Positions 27,810 to 41,800 of a stretch of DNA of 64,000 nucleotides are shown one piece after another; position 1 is the stretch's first letter, and every line of letters starts with the position of its first letter. The position numbers and the translations under genes are program-made. Origin of the DNA: Microbotryum violaceum (Eukaryota); contig CDLV01000019.1 in assembly GCA_001244265.2 (NCBI GenBank), positions 496,001 through 560,000 of the forward strand. The letters are read 5' to 3'. The notes under the pieces are model-generated. The model did no database searches, had not been told where the DNA came from, and worked only from the letters and a program-made list of their open reading frames with translations.

Positions 27810-29113
27810 TTAGCACTAGAGGAAGCACAAAGCAGATCAGTCACCGCACACACACACTACGCCGATAACGTTATGGCTCCTTTGTGAACTTACCGCGGGG
27901 TGGTCACTCGATCGGGTGTTGAGGATCAAAGCGACGATCAGGCCGTACAAGCCCAACACCTCGGCAAAAATGAGGATCAGGATCATGCCGACGAACACGC
28001 GCGACTAGAAAACAAAAAAACGCCCACACCGTCAGTGGACTTCGATAATGACCTCGCCTTTTGTGCATCGAGTGACTGACTTGTTGAGCCACACCTCGCA
28101 CACCGGCATCACCGACGATCCCGATCGCGAAACCGGCGGAGAGACCGGCCAAACCGACGGAGAGACCGGCGCCGAGTTGGATGAAACCCGTGTAGAGCGC
28201 CATAGGGGACTTGAGGTCACCCGAAATGAGCACAGAGACGACGAGGCCGTAGATCTGGGTTTGAGCAAGGGGAGATCGACAGTAAGCCAAAGAGGTGAGG
28301 TGCGGAGCAAGCCAGCCATCGTTTCGGCGATCGTGATCCCGAGTCCACCTCGAACCTTTCCCGAGATTCAATACGACGAAGTTGTACTCACGGCAATGAT
28401 ACCGGCCATGACGACGGGGACGATGCACTTCATCATCAGATCGGGTCGGAGCACACCCATCGCAGCGATACCGACGCCGGACTTTGAGGTACCGTACGAT
28501 GCACCGATGCCTGTAGAAAAGGAAAAGGGGGATCCAAGGTCAGTTCTGGAGTTGCTGGCAGCTGGGATGACCGCGCAGTCTGGAAGCGGGTAAGGCACGG
28601 GAAGGACGCACAGGTGAAGACGATTGCGGCGGTGCAGCCCCTGTGAAGGAACCAATCCAATCCGAGCATCGTGCGAAAAAGGGGTGTATAAACCTGGTCA
28701 GCTCAAACTGGCCTCGACAGACCCCCAGATCGGGAGCGATGGCGGTGGAAGGGCGGGCGGAGATGGGTGATGGGTGCATACGCCATACGCCATACGCGCA
28801 CCAAGCGAGGAAGGCTCACATCGCACCGAAAAAGGGGGCATAGATCTGTACACACAGGGCGATGGTCAATTACCAAGACTAGCCTTGGATCGCAGGAACG
28901 TCAACATACGGGGCACGCCTCGGAAAATGCGCTGTAGAGCTCCCAACGTCGGTGAGAAGGTCGGTGGGAAGGTACCCGACGGTGGTGGCGGAACGCGAGC
29001 GAGCGGGGGAGCGTGTTCAGCAATTGGGTGCAGGGTGAGAGCAGCACCGCGTCAGTAGCTAAAGCAGCACGCTACATCATCGAGTGCAACAGCACGCACC
29101 TGACGGTCGACAT
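27810..29113 (-). CDS. VMA3: V-ATPase 16 kDa proteolipid subunit c
   Basis: Micro-exons give [30 protein letters not shown]; then [37 protein letters not shown]...[19 protein letters not shown]. Confidence 0.92.
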
Positions 29114-29525
29114 GAAGGGCTCGTATGAGGTGGATTGGGCAGAGGGAGGCAAGCGGGAAGGGAGCGCGCGCGGCCGGTGACGACGACTGACGATCGAGGC
29201 CGAATCGCCCCATTAGAGATCCGTAATGACCTTTAGAACAGTTGACCTAATCGCCACGGAGGAGGCTCGACGAACAGGGTCATCCCTATCGACGAGGTCA
29301 GACCGGCGGAAAAGGAATAGACCACCATTTTTGAGCTAGTCTAAGGAAAACAGGAGCCTTCCTGTTACACTTTGGTCTCGGCGCTGTCGCGATAGGCGCA
29401 CAACGAACTTCGGAATATCTCACAATCTTCCAGGACTCTTTCCTCGTCTCTCTTCTCTCTCCACTGCAGAAACACATAAAACAGCATCATTTCAACCCCA
29501 AAAAGCCCATCTACACCCCACCACC

Positions 29526-31492
29526 CTAAACTTTCAAACACCTCACCGTCTTACCACATCCAGCCGCGAGCCACTCACCCCCTCCACCCCAAGCCACCGC
29601 ATTAATCTCCCCCGGTGCTGAATAACTCAAAGAAGGCGTCGTGATCATCTTTGGACCCGTCAAAGTGGCCGATCCTGACGTTGTGGATGCTCCTCGGGTG
29701 GAAGAAGTCGCAGGTGGGGTAGGGGAGGTAGAAAGATCCCAAAGGAGGAGCGTCGAGTCGTCCGCTGTGGTAGATCGACCCTTCGAATTTAGTAGTTTTC
29801 CTTTACCATCCCGGATCCAAATAACAGAAAAACACCCCCCAAAGTGAGCCACTTACAACACGTAGCCAACCACCCCGGACCGGCCGAGTCCCCCCCACCC
29901 CCTCCACCACCACCCCCAAAAGAATGCAACGTCGAACCGCCCCAAGCCATCCCATTCACACTCGCCGCATGCCCTCTCACTTCCATCACCGGTACCCCTG
30001 GACTCCTCGTATCCAAAATCTGCACATGCGTCGAATCGGCATGTACGATCGAGAGATACGTTGGATTGGTTGGGGAGAAGGCGAGGCGCAATAAAGGACT
30101 TGGAGGGAGCGGAGTTTTCGAACCTGGTTTGGGCGAACCATGCGATTGATTCGATGAAGTTCGCCCACCACCACCACCACCACCACCACCGTTCTTGTTG
30201 GATGAAGAACCCAAAGTGGAAGGGGAAGTAGCTTCGTAGAGGATCGTGGAATGTTCCAAGGAACGAAGGTCAAACATTCGGATCGAACCGTCGGCACCGA
30301 CGGAGGCGAAGACGTCCCGTGAGGCGGGGGACCATGCGACGTCGTAGACTTCTCGATCGTGCGCGATCAGTTGTGTTACGGGTACTCGGGTCGAGATGTC
30401 CCAGACCGTACATGTCTGGGAGGGTGCGCGTACCGGGAGAAGATCGGATCAAGCCCGAGTTGCAGAAAGCGAGGTCAAAGTTGCTCATCAGCAAAAAAAT
30501 AGTTTGACAATGTGCCAGATCTGACCACACTCACTGTATCAATCGACGAAGTGACAATATGGGTCGGCTCCAACGTCGACCAGGAGAACGACGTCAACGG
30601 TGCCGAATATTCCTGCTTGGACTGCGCGCGTCGACTCTCACGCAAGGATCAGTTCCCCACCACCTGACCCGCTCGCGAGAAAACGCCTTCGGAATGACTC
30701 GACACTCACATTCGCTAACTTTGCTCTTTCGACCAACTTAGTCTGAGGCCCCGCACTCGCCCTCCTGCCCATGGCTCCGACGAAGCCCGCCGATCCGGAC
30801 CCCGTACCCGCCGAAGAATTCGCCCCCACCATCTCCCCATCATTTGCAACCAAATCCCACAACCTCAAACACTCTGAACTACTCGCGATCATTTCCCTCG
30901 TCGTTTCCCCTTGGTTCCCATACTAGAGGATTGTAATTGGTTCGAGAGGCTCGCTGGACTGAAGGAGATCGCCGAGGGTGGGTAAGGCATCGGTGCTCGG
31001 GCGGTGGTGAGAAAGGCGGATTGGGAAGGGAGCAGTTGGCCGTTGCGGGCTCGGACGTAGCCTTCGATGGAGAGCGAGTTGTGGTCGTGGTTGTTACTAC
31101 TACCATGTTGGGAGGAAGCGGTGGAAGGATCGAAATCGTTGGGGTGAACGTCCTCCAAGTCGAGGTAGGCCGGATCGAGGGAGATGATGGTCAAATTGTT
31201 GATGTCCTCGAACGCAGAGCCCGACGAGGCCGAAGTCAGGCCACTCAAAGTGGTGGCGGCGGAGGAGAATGCGGTGGTGGGACTGGTGTGGGCGCGCGAT
31301 TCGTTGTAGGAGCCGACGGCGAGCTTGAGGGTGGAAGTGGTCGTGCCAAGTGGGGAGAACGCGAGCGAGAACGTCGGGCAGTCAGAGTGGTAATCCAGTA
31401 CAGTCGGCGTCCTGGGAAGCAGTCAATCACATTCATTAACTCGGATCCCTTGTTTGTGCGCTCGTGCACCTCAAGTCCAGCGCGCGATCCAT
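29526..31492 (-). CDS. DCAF7/WDR68/An11-like WD40 protein
   Basis: [77 protein letters not shown] are hallmark DCAF7/YPL247C motifs; start codon inferred. Confidence 0.9.
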
Positions 31493-32023
31493 GACAAAGT
31501 AGCTTCTCCCCCAGCCAAAGTGCGGACGTGGAGCTGTCCCCTCCGCTCTCCCCCACGAAGACCGACCAGCGCGTGTCCAGCAAGAGGCAATACACGTACA
31601 TGGTCACCCAGCGTTCCTCTTCCAACTGATCGCAAAGCTAGCCTCCACCTAGGGCGCTACCCGACGACGCCAAAGCTGCGAATTGCTGCTGCAAGAGCAC
31701 AGGTCAAAGCCGCTCGGCCGTGGATCAGCCGCGCCGGATCTCGAGGTCATCCTTGGTCATCCGAGCTCACGAGTTCGGCCTCGAGATTTCAAAAAGTCAA
31801 CTGATGCATTACGGGGTACCGATCAACGGAGAGACATGTACAACAAGAAGCCACATACGATAAAAGGAACGAAAACAAACCCAAAAACAAGAAAAACGGG
31901 CAACACCCCATCACTCCAGTCTTGCCCCCGAGCTCAATCCTCCTCACTTTCGGAATCGGGCGTATCGGCCGCCAAAGTCCTCGCTGTACTCGGATCCCCC
32001 CAACGAAGGAAAAGTTCAGTACA

Positions 32024-32606
32024 TCATCTTTGAGTCTTGTCGAAGAAACCATGATCAAACCCACCTGTCCTAGGCAGACCCTTCTGAGCCCTCTGCGGCG
32101 GCGGTGGAGGAGGCACCACGACCGATTTGCCCGCCCTCGCGGCTTTAGGTGGCGCACCTTTGCCCTTCCCTATTCCTCCAACACCCCTCGGAGGACCAGG
32201 TATCATCGACGCATCATTCCCGCTTCCTGACCCGGAACCGGACGGATCTTTAGCCACATTTGAGGATCGAGAGGTCGTAGGTACGGTCGAGGAAGCAACG
32301 TTCATCGCCTGCTTATCCCTCGACTTTGACAACGGCGGCGCCGACGAGACGCGCGTCATCGCCCCACTCGCAATCGCCTGTACCATACTACTCCTACCTC
32401 TCAGCTCCCCTCCTTGCACCATACCCGCGCCTTTACCACCCGCAATCCCACCATCTAAGGTCGCATACCCTTGCAACGAATTCGATTCCCTCATCGCCAA
32501 ATGGCCCGCAAAGACTTGTCCAGGAGTAGCGAGATAACCTTCTGGAATCGCAGCGTCGTCATCTTCTTCTTCGTCGGAACCATCTTCGTCCGAATCATCC
32601 TCATCC

Positions 32607-32637
<31 letters not shown>

Positions 32638-34053
32638 CATCCTCATCGGAAGAAGCGTCCTCCCCATCCGAATCATCCGAGACGTCAATTCGAGAAGGGA
32701 CGGATTTCATCGCCGCAACGGGACGTTTCATCGCCGCAGGAGGCAATGTCGATTTCGAGCCCTTCTGTCCTGGGCCTGGTGGTGCGGGGGGTAAAGTAGG
32801 TCGTTTTGAAGCTGCTGTTGGTCGAGATGGGGGAGCGGCTCGAGCGGTAGTGTTCGCTGATCCTGGAGCGGGTATGAGATCGATGGGTGGGGGAACGATC
32901 CGAGGTGACTCTTTGGCGGCGGATCGCTGCAGCGTGTTGAATGGGGGGGCCGCACCGGGTGAGGACATCAACCCTGTCGACGACGACGACGAGGGTTTGA
33001 TGGGCGAGGATTGAATCGTTCGATCCTGCCCGCTTGTGCTACTACCATTGTTGTTCTTGTTCGGGAGGACGAGCCCCGAAGATACTTTACGCGATGAGTT
33101 GTCGGACAGATAGACGGATCCGAAATCCTCGACTTCGGCCAACTTGGAATGCCCTCGATAGTTGGCGACTCTGTTCGAAGAAGGGAGTGCCGCATTCGCA
33201 CTGACGGTTCGACTCCTTCCCGCACTTGCGTTAGGGGTGTTCAAGCGACCGGTATCGGATCCACTTCCGCTGCCTTTGCCACCCCCACCCCGGTCCGTCC
33301 CAGCGAGCAAATGCTTCGCTCGACTGGCTAGGGAGAGAGGTTTGGTGCCTTCGTCGGAAGAAGAGGAAGAGGAAGCGGTCGAGGCACCGTTGGGGTTGAT
33401 TTTGCGTCGCTTGGTCGTCGTGGGAGCCGAGTTTGAAGCGAGCGGGTGATAAGGTTGGGTTGGGTCGGGGGTGGGGTAAGGGTGGGGCGCGGACGAACGG
33501 TCAAGCGCCAAACGCACCGAACTGTCCAGACGTTCCAGTGAGAAGCTCTGCAGATGCAAAGTATGCTCAACATCCCTTCTCTAAATGAAGGACGCTTACG
33601 TGCTCACCTGCAGCTGCTCATCCCAAACGAGCACACAATCGACATCCTTGGAGTTCTGGACCTGGCCCGTGAACCTCACTTCGCCCGTCCGCTGTTGGCC
33701 CGAACCTCCCTGGGCAGATGAGGTCGATGTTTCGATGGGGAACGCGGCGAGGACGTTCCTTGTTCCGGGGGGTGTAGAGTTCGCGTTTGACGAGGGGTGT
33801 ACCCATAGTAGCCCCGTGGCGGCCGAGCCTAGCGAGACAGGCTTTTGTGTATCTGGCGGGCGTACACATTGTTTATGTTAGGAAAGTAGCCTCTAGCCCA
33901 AATGACCAAACACATGCACTCACACCTGAGCGAGACCAAAGCATCGTCGTCGTGTCTTCTCAGGAACGACGCGCCGAGGTGAATGTCATGCAACGTATCC
34001 GAAGCGACCGTCGCAGTCGTCGACGTCGAACTGGCAGCAGCTGCAGCCGCCAT
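32024..34053 (-). CDS. EAF (ELL-associated factor) domain protein with long low-complexity/acidic tail
   Basis: Spliced N-terminus ...IHLGASFL...LVSLR/Y.TKPVSL...G.L...VRFTGQVQNSKDVDCVLVWDEQLQ/SFSLERLDSSVRL resembles the EAF domain; S/P-rich and poly-D tail. Confidence 0.65.
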
Positions 34054-35954
34054 CGCCCCCCAAGGCCTACCGTAGTTATTCTTTCTCCTCGAGATCTCTA
34101 TCCCGAGCGTGTGGCGGCGATAGCTTCTTCCTCCCTGTGACTCCGAGGCGACGTAGACGAGGAGAGACCGGAAACGACGAAGCGAGCAAACCGCCGCCGA
34201 GAGTTCCACGATTACACGAGGCGGCTTCGGTCCGCCGGCCAGCCTGCCAAGTGAGACACGGCCGACGGGATTCTGGCGCGGTGTAATTCGACCGGCGGCC
34301 GGCGGGGGCTAAATCGTCGCGCTCAGACACCTTCACACTTTTTTCCCTTCAGATGCCTGATCAAGAGTAATGCAAATAACTTGGTCCTCAAAGTCGAGGA
34401 GCGCCTCCCTGGATTTTTACAGTGGAGTCGTGACATTCGAGTCGCACATGGTCGCCATCTCATCCCGTCGTTCCCTTCGATCATCGCTCTTCGTCGTCGT
34501 CGGAGCCCGACATCCCATCGGCCGGGCGCTTACTCCCGGCCTCACCGATGGGGGTGAGCGTACCAGTCGCCTAGAGGCAGGTCGTCATTACTTCTTCATC
34601 GTTATCAAAGTAGAGATTGACAATTTCAACGGGGCGGTTGTGTCCCAGGGCGATGGACATCACGAGACCGTGAGGATCTCCAGTGTGGAGCCAAAAAGGA
34701 GAGAGTGACGAAAAATTGATTTGGTCGTCACTCCTCGGCCGCCACTTGACACAGATCTCCCCCTCTCACCACATCGATATTCGCCGCGCTCACACACCCA
34801 AACGTCCTGTGGATATAGTCGCTTTCTGCTGCATTGGCCAGCAAGGAGCGATGGCAACCTGCGTTTGGGTGACCAAACGAGACCGCCGGACTCTCCTTGG
34901 TGAGTATACCGAATCGAGGCCTGATCGCCACCTCGTGCAGCCCAAGCGCCCAAGGCTTGCCCCTGGGGCCCGTTCTCCGCACCGCACACAATCTTGTGGT
35001 CCTTCCAAGGGGCATTTCAATTGATCATCTAGTAAATCGGCGGTATCTCCAAAGGGTGGTCAACATGGTCGCCACGGGCCCTCGTCTGTAGACGTTTATT
35101 TCCAAACAGCAAACAACAAACATCGTCTTTGATACGTAGGCCCTTGTCCCACTCTCATCTCGAGTGCCAGCACCTTGAGTCACATTTTTTGCTTGGTGAT
35201 CCTAGCGTAGTTTCTGACTCGAGACGTCCTTGCACCTTATCATTTTCCTGTGTCCTCCCGAGGACCCTTGTGTGTGACATATCCCGAGTTGCGCAGCCGT
35301 TCAAGATAACGATACGTCACCGGCGCACAAAGATTGGATGCTTCCACACAGGGTGTTTTGCAAACACAGATTTTGGTGTTCTCCAATAAGAACTACCACT
35401 CATTGTTGGAAGAGTAATGGGAGACTTTGAGTGGCTGACGGATTTCACGTGGAGCCCGAGAAGCGTCGGCGTGACTACAGAAGCGTAAGCGCTAACAGAG
35501 CTTGGGTGCGACTTGGGGAAGACACTCCTTGGTGCATAGTCAGGGTGCGACCTTGACCACTCGCGGACGAGAATTGGTAGTGATCATCGAAGGATAAGAG
35601 ATCATCACTGTCAAGAAGCGTCTGGAGAACCGAGTGATTGGACGCCTCGCGGAGGAGTCGAAGATTGAGCATGGAAAGGGAGTGCGAGCCGATGTGGGCG
35701 AGAGGAATAAAAGGAGCTCGGGAGCAGTACGATACGGGTGGCAGTAGCTATTGGTAGGTGTGCCGCGAACACCATGGACTGCTGAATAAGGCATGGGTGT
35801 CCGAAGTCGGTTATTCATAGGCAACACTTCTCTCAGCGAGCTATGCTTATGACTTAGCACCTGGGGATCTCGAATCACAACGCTACATGCATTTGCCCCC
35901 CCAAGCCGACTGAAAAACATTTCAACACTTTTGCACACCTCATACCACCCGAGA

Positions 35955-38231
35955 TCAAGCCTTTTTCTGTTCCCGTTTAAAAAAATCGCCCGGTCCAAAG
36001 CCTCTAGGTCCTAAGGCCTCATCAAGGATCGCCATCATCTTAATGACCTTCTCCTCCTCATACTTGGCCGCAATGATTTGCACTCCGACCGGAACGCCCT
36101 CCATTTCCTTGGAGTTATACCGCGCCGCTTTGGGTCCATACAACCTCCCTTCGATCAATTGCGACCCAGGGTCGGTGCGCAGTAGGTCCATAAACTCGGG
36201 CGTCAAGGCATCCTTCTCCGGATCGACGAAGGTCACGGGTAAGACACCCGCCGTCGAATCGACGACGTTCCACAAGAAAGTCGAGACAGCGATCGTCGAG
36301 ATGTCCCACGTCGTTTCACACTTCAACGCCGGTGTCGCTTGAGGAGCGGTCAAGAGACCGTCGAGTCCGTGCGTCTCGAAGAGCTGACGACGGACCTCGT
36401 ACGCGTAAACTTGACGCTCGTGAGCCCACGCTTGAGTCTCGGTGACGGTCCTTCGTCCAAGCGCGCGGATAATACGAGGGAAGACGTGGTCCCCCATGAA
36501 CCTCTCGATACCTCCGGCGACGATATTGCGGAACCATCGAGGGTACTTGAGGGGGGCGTCGAGGAGCCACAGGAAGCCTTCTCTGGGGTCATCGCGCACG
36601 CTGCCGAGCAAGGTCTCGTAATTGCCTGCAGAGGTGAGGGCGATGAAGAGCTCGAGGCCGCGGACGACGTCCGGAGTGGGGATCTCGACGACCTCGTGGC
36701 CCTTCTTGCGGAGAGCATCAATGGACATTTGCAGCGCTCGAGCGCAGGCAGGCGAGTTTCGGACGACGCCGTCTGGGCGACAGGATACACGCTTCATGGC
36801 ATTGGCGAATGGCTCACTCATCGGCACCCGTGCCACCTTGAAAACTCACCGTGCTGGTAGTAGCCAAACTTGAGCTTCTTGGGCATGTCCAACTCGCGCC
36901 AAGGCAAAGGAATCATACCTTCGATCTTGGTGTACTTTGCCGAATGATCGACGAGGCAGCGCATACCAACTTCAAGATCGGCGACACTCCTTCCCATAGG
37001 TCCACACGAGACGGCGATAGTTTCGAAGCCCGGGTTCGCACCGTGGATACCGTGCGTCGGAGTACGACCGATCGTGGGCTTGAGGCCGTAGCAACCCGAA
37101 TAGTGAGCAGGGATACGGAGCGAGCCACCGATGTCGGAGCCGATCCCGAGCGAAGAGGCGTCCGAAGCGAGAAGGGCCGCTTCACCACCGGAGGATCCAC
37201 CAGGGGTGCGAGTCGAGTCGTGAGGGTTCGTGGTTACACCGAACAGCGGGTTCGCGCATTCGAACGAAAGCATCGTCTGGGGAATGTTGGTCTGAGCAGG
37301 AGTTATGGAATTGTGGGGATCAATGGTGGATCGCTGGTGAAGCAGGCGAAAATTCTGTGGCTTACCTTGACGAAAGGATTGGCACCGGCCTCGATGAGAG
37401 CACTGACGAGAGGAGCGTCTTGCTCTGAAAAAACCGAGAGCACCAAAAAGGGCTTCAGCGTTACGTTTCCAAAGACTCGCTCGGCTCGAAAGCGTTTTCA
37501 TACATTCGTCGCAACTCACCCGCTGGAACCCCATGCTTGTAAGTGAACCCAACCGTCGTATCAACTCCCTTGACGTCCAAATGATCTTTGATCGAAATGG
37601 GACACCCATACAACCTTCCCCTTTTCTGCTTGGTCTCGTTGAAATCGTCATCGAGTTGCGATGCTCGGTCCCAAGCGGCCTTGAACATGACCTCGGTTAG
37701 GAGGTTGGATTTGGCATGCGCGCGCAGGGCTTGGGAGATGTAGACGAGGAGTACGGATTTGGCGGACCAGTTTTTGGTGGAGTAAAGTCTGGTCATAACG
37801 AAACAGAGGCAAAGGAGTGAGGACACGTTGCTGCAGACGATCATCTGCTCGGGCGGATGGCCAAACAGGGCTTCGGGCACTGCCCGATTCGGGAAGCTGG
37901 GCACTGGGACCCCAACCCGGCACGAAGCCCCATACTAGTAGGACCGCGAATGGAGCGCAACAACTCACTTCTCTGAAAGCCCCGCAGCACCAACCGACAG
38001 AACTTGACCAACATCTACCCCTTTGAGCAGTTCGGCTTCTTCTTTGAGTAGGTCGCGACCCCATTGTAGTTCCTTGTCACGGAGAGCGCTGCGGAAAGTG
38101 CGCAGGGAAAATGGGGCGCACACGGAGCAGTCATTGGGTCAGATGGAGGGGGCCAACCACGTCATGATGACGGACGAAGAAGGATGGACCTACAGATGGG
38201 CATCACGGTTCACTTCCCAGGCTGCAGTCAT
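35955..38231 (-). CDS. Amidase-signature family enzyme (acetamidase/FAAH-like)
   Basis: LYGCPISIKDHLDVKGVDTTVG, TNIPQTMLSFECANPLFG, PGGSSGGEAALL, GSDIGGSLRIPAHYSGCYGLKPT; start inferred. Confidence 0.93.
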
Positions 38232-38896
38232 GTTGATGGGTACGAAAAGGTAAGAGAGTGAACGAGAGAAGGAGGAGGTAGCCAATCGGGAACTCTTTCG
38301 AAGATCCCAGGACGACTCGGGCACTGCTGGATCTGAATCGGGCAGTGCTTACACCGGCTCCGGGGCCAACGAAGACCGGACTCTGAAAGCTTCCCGAAGC
38401 GGCGATTTACGATTCATGCGACTCGGCTTCTACAAAGAGGTTTGGCATCCGCGCGTGTGTACAGGGTCAATACATATGTAACAATTTCAACACCAGCATG
38501 TTACTTCCATCCATCCAGAGCTCTCCTGTACAAACACAGAACCAAGGCCATCATCCCCATTCCTCCCAAACACAGTAAAACTAAGCCCAAAAAAATAAAA
38601 ATGTGAAAAGTAAGACACGGAGACACGAAGAGGGCTGTTCACAGACAGGTCATCGGCGGCATGGTCGAAGAAGAATACACACAGACACAAGGTGGAAATT
38701 TGACAATCAAGGCTCGAGTGGATAAACACCCTAGTTCAGCTTCAAGCCGCCAGCGGTCCATTCATCTCGGCGTCGAGGTGACTCGGGTTAAAGGTGTTGC
38801 TATCAAAGTTAATATCGAGACCCCCAGCAGCGTCCCTACGGACATGAACTACGGTCAGCCCAACTCCGTCTTCTCAGCGAAAGTCGTGGTGGGCAC

Positions 38897-41800
38897 TTAC
38901 AATCCTTCAGGCCAGGTAAAAAATCCATCCGCACCTTGACTGACGAGCACGCTCGAGAAGAAGTTCGTATCGTTCAAGAATGAATCCAACGGATCCATTG
39001 GATTGAACCCTGTATTACTCGCTCCCGCACTTCCCGCACCTGCAGCACCCCCACCAGCTCCATACGTCTGATGTCCCGCAGGCGTGTGCGTCCCCGACAT
39101 AGTCCCCGATCCACCTGTCGCAACGGCCCCACTTCCGAAGAAGCTCCGATTGTCATGATTCCGTTGTGCGAAAGGTGTAGACATGAAAGGGTACGAAGCG
39201 GAGGGACTCATCGGAGCTCCAGCGAGCGTACCATGCAAACCCAATGCCGAACCGGGCGGTCCTGATGACGACCCATTCGCACCGAACGGATCGGAACTCC
39301 CATCCGCCGCGAGTCCACTGTGGGATAATCGACCTCCGGCTTCGTTCTGGTTCGTTTGCTGCCGGGACATACCGTGCGGATTGGCCGGGTTCTGTTGCGC
39401 CTGTAGCATCGCCTTGAACGAAGCCAGCAAGGCTCGCAACATCGTGCAAGCCGTCGAAGCTGCATGGCGAGGCGAGCACGTCGCGGCTTGACAATCGTAA
39501 ATGGCCTGGACGAGCAATTGCTGCAGTTCGTCGGCGTCGACGAGTTGCGAAAAACGCGTATTGGAGACCTTGACTTTGATCAAGAAGACGGCGCCATAGA
39601 GGATGAGTAAGAAGTTGACGTCAGGGCAATGCAGCAGGACGCCCAGCTCGGCGTATTTATGCGCCAGGTCGAGCACAGATTTGGCGGCAGTGATCGTCGT
39701 CGAGACGCATTCCGGATCGTCAGCAACTTCGCCATTGCGTAGCATGGTGTGTAGGGGGATTGTGTTGAGGAACAATTTCGACGAGAAGAAGTAGAAGAGT
39801 AGGTTGTTCGCGATCGGTTCACCCGCGACGGGGCACCACCGTTGTCGCCAATCGTCCATGCGGTTGTTGAAGATCTTCATCACCGTTGCCGACGGCATCT
39901 CGTCACTCGCCGAAGAAAGACCATAGATGCGATCGCGGAACGTGTCCATGACCTGCCCAATGATCATTTGCAGTTCCTGATGCGCGATGACACCTAGATC
40001 GAAGGGCAGACTCATCGTGTGCAGCGGGATCAGCAGAGGTTTGGCTTCATGGATTTGGTAGGGTCGACCCATCACGGCGGACATGTTGCGATCGATGACG
40101 AAGCCCATCAACCACGTGCGCTCGCGATTGATCGCATCGCGTTGCTCCTCCTCCGACACGTCCTTGAGGTTCGCCCACGGGTTCGCTTGCGACGCGTTGC
40201 GACTCGTCGACAAGTGGTGATCGACGAACGGCGGTGGTCGGAACAGACCCAATTCGAGTCCCATCCGCACGGCCATGCCGAAGTAGAGCCATGCCCGTTG
40301 TGGTCGATCCTCGGCTTCCTTTTTCGGCGCCGAGGTCCACACCGTCAAGATCATCAAAGCCTGCACGGACTCGATGCTGCGCTCGCCGTTGGCGACGGTG
40401 TCGACGAAGCACGCGTGCGCCTCATCGTAGCACTTGACGTGCAGTGTCGGATCGGGATTGAAACGCGAAGCGACGGCACAGATCGCAGTAAAGAGGAACG
40501 GGGATCGCGCACAGACCGAGGTCGCCGAGTTTTGCGCCGGGTCGAGCAAGGGGAGGTGGATGTAGCAAAAGTCGAAGAAGATGCGGAACATGTCGACCGC
40601 CGTTTCGGGAGTGATAATACCTTTGCTCAACAGCGCCGGTGTCCGCGCCTCGTCCCCGCCTTCGGACCCATCGCCCTGGATCGCCTCCGTCATGCGACTC
40701 AGGTTGAAGCCCGGGTCGAGTCCCGTCAGCTTGTTGCGACCGTCGAGCTGAGCCGCGAGACTTGCATCGGCGAGCATCGAAAGCGACGAGCCACCACCGG
40801 CACTGCCCGGTGTCCGACTCGCCGAGGGAAGCAGCCCCGAATCCGTCGATGCAGGGGTATGGGACAACGGCGCGGTCGGGATCCGAGCCGAATTGAGCAC
40901 GCTATTGGGTGACAGGGACATGTTATTGGTCGTAAAGGGGGAATCCGTGCTCGAGGTGCTCTGCGGGTAGTTGCCGCTCGCATGTCGAGGTCGTTTCGCC
41001 GGAGGGATCGAAGCCGAGCCTCCAGCGTGCGAGTCATCGCCGGCAGCGGTCGGGGATTCCATCGTCGTCGATGTTGCTCGGGCGCCATTGTTGATACTTT
41101 TGCCGTTGCGCGAGGTGTCGATGCCGTCGGCAAGCGTTGATTTGAGCTGCTGCAACGCGCTCGGATCGGGTGCACCGCCTGAGTTCATCGACTGTAAGAA
41201 AAGAGACAGATTCTTTTCGACGGATCTGAACTTTTCGGCAAGTGCGGCATCGTGACCACTGCCGTTACCGTTGCTGGTGGTGATGATGGTGGAATGGTCT
41301 GCGCTTCCTCCTACTCCACTGTTGCTACCGAGAGCGTGCTGACTGTTGCCCGCGGAGTTGTCGCTGGCCGAAGTATTGGGTAAGTTGGAAGCCTTGGTAT
41401 TCGGTGTTCCACCCGGAGGTCTGCAGCGGCGAACAGGGAAAATCGAGGTCAGACTCCGGCAGCTCGACGATGTTACGTCACGAGGGCGGGAGCCAGCCTA
41501 AAAGAACGTACTTGGTCGGGCGTTTGCCTCGCTTTGATTCGACAAACACGCATTCGTGGTTACCTGCTCTGCAGCGTTTGCAGGGTGGGTCTTCGGCTCC
41601 ATCACAGCGCGTCTATTTGGCCGTGAGGGCGAGTCATCGCGAGACACCATGGCCGGGACAGGATCGGATTGACGGGGATGCCGAGGGGATGCCGAGGGGA
41701 TGCCGAGGGCGGCGGCAATGGCGAGCGTTCGTTAGCGTCAGGGCCCGCGGGGGGGCAGCGAGATGGCGCGGTGGGGCCAGAACGCAGAGCGCGGCGCGCG

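Noticed and set aside
40019-40912. Long antisense ORFs over the TF (also over the amidase, CPSF2 and kinase genes)
   Set aside because: Shadow ORFs caused by GC-rich codon usage of the real genes
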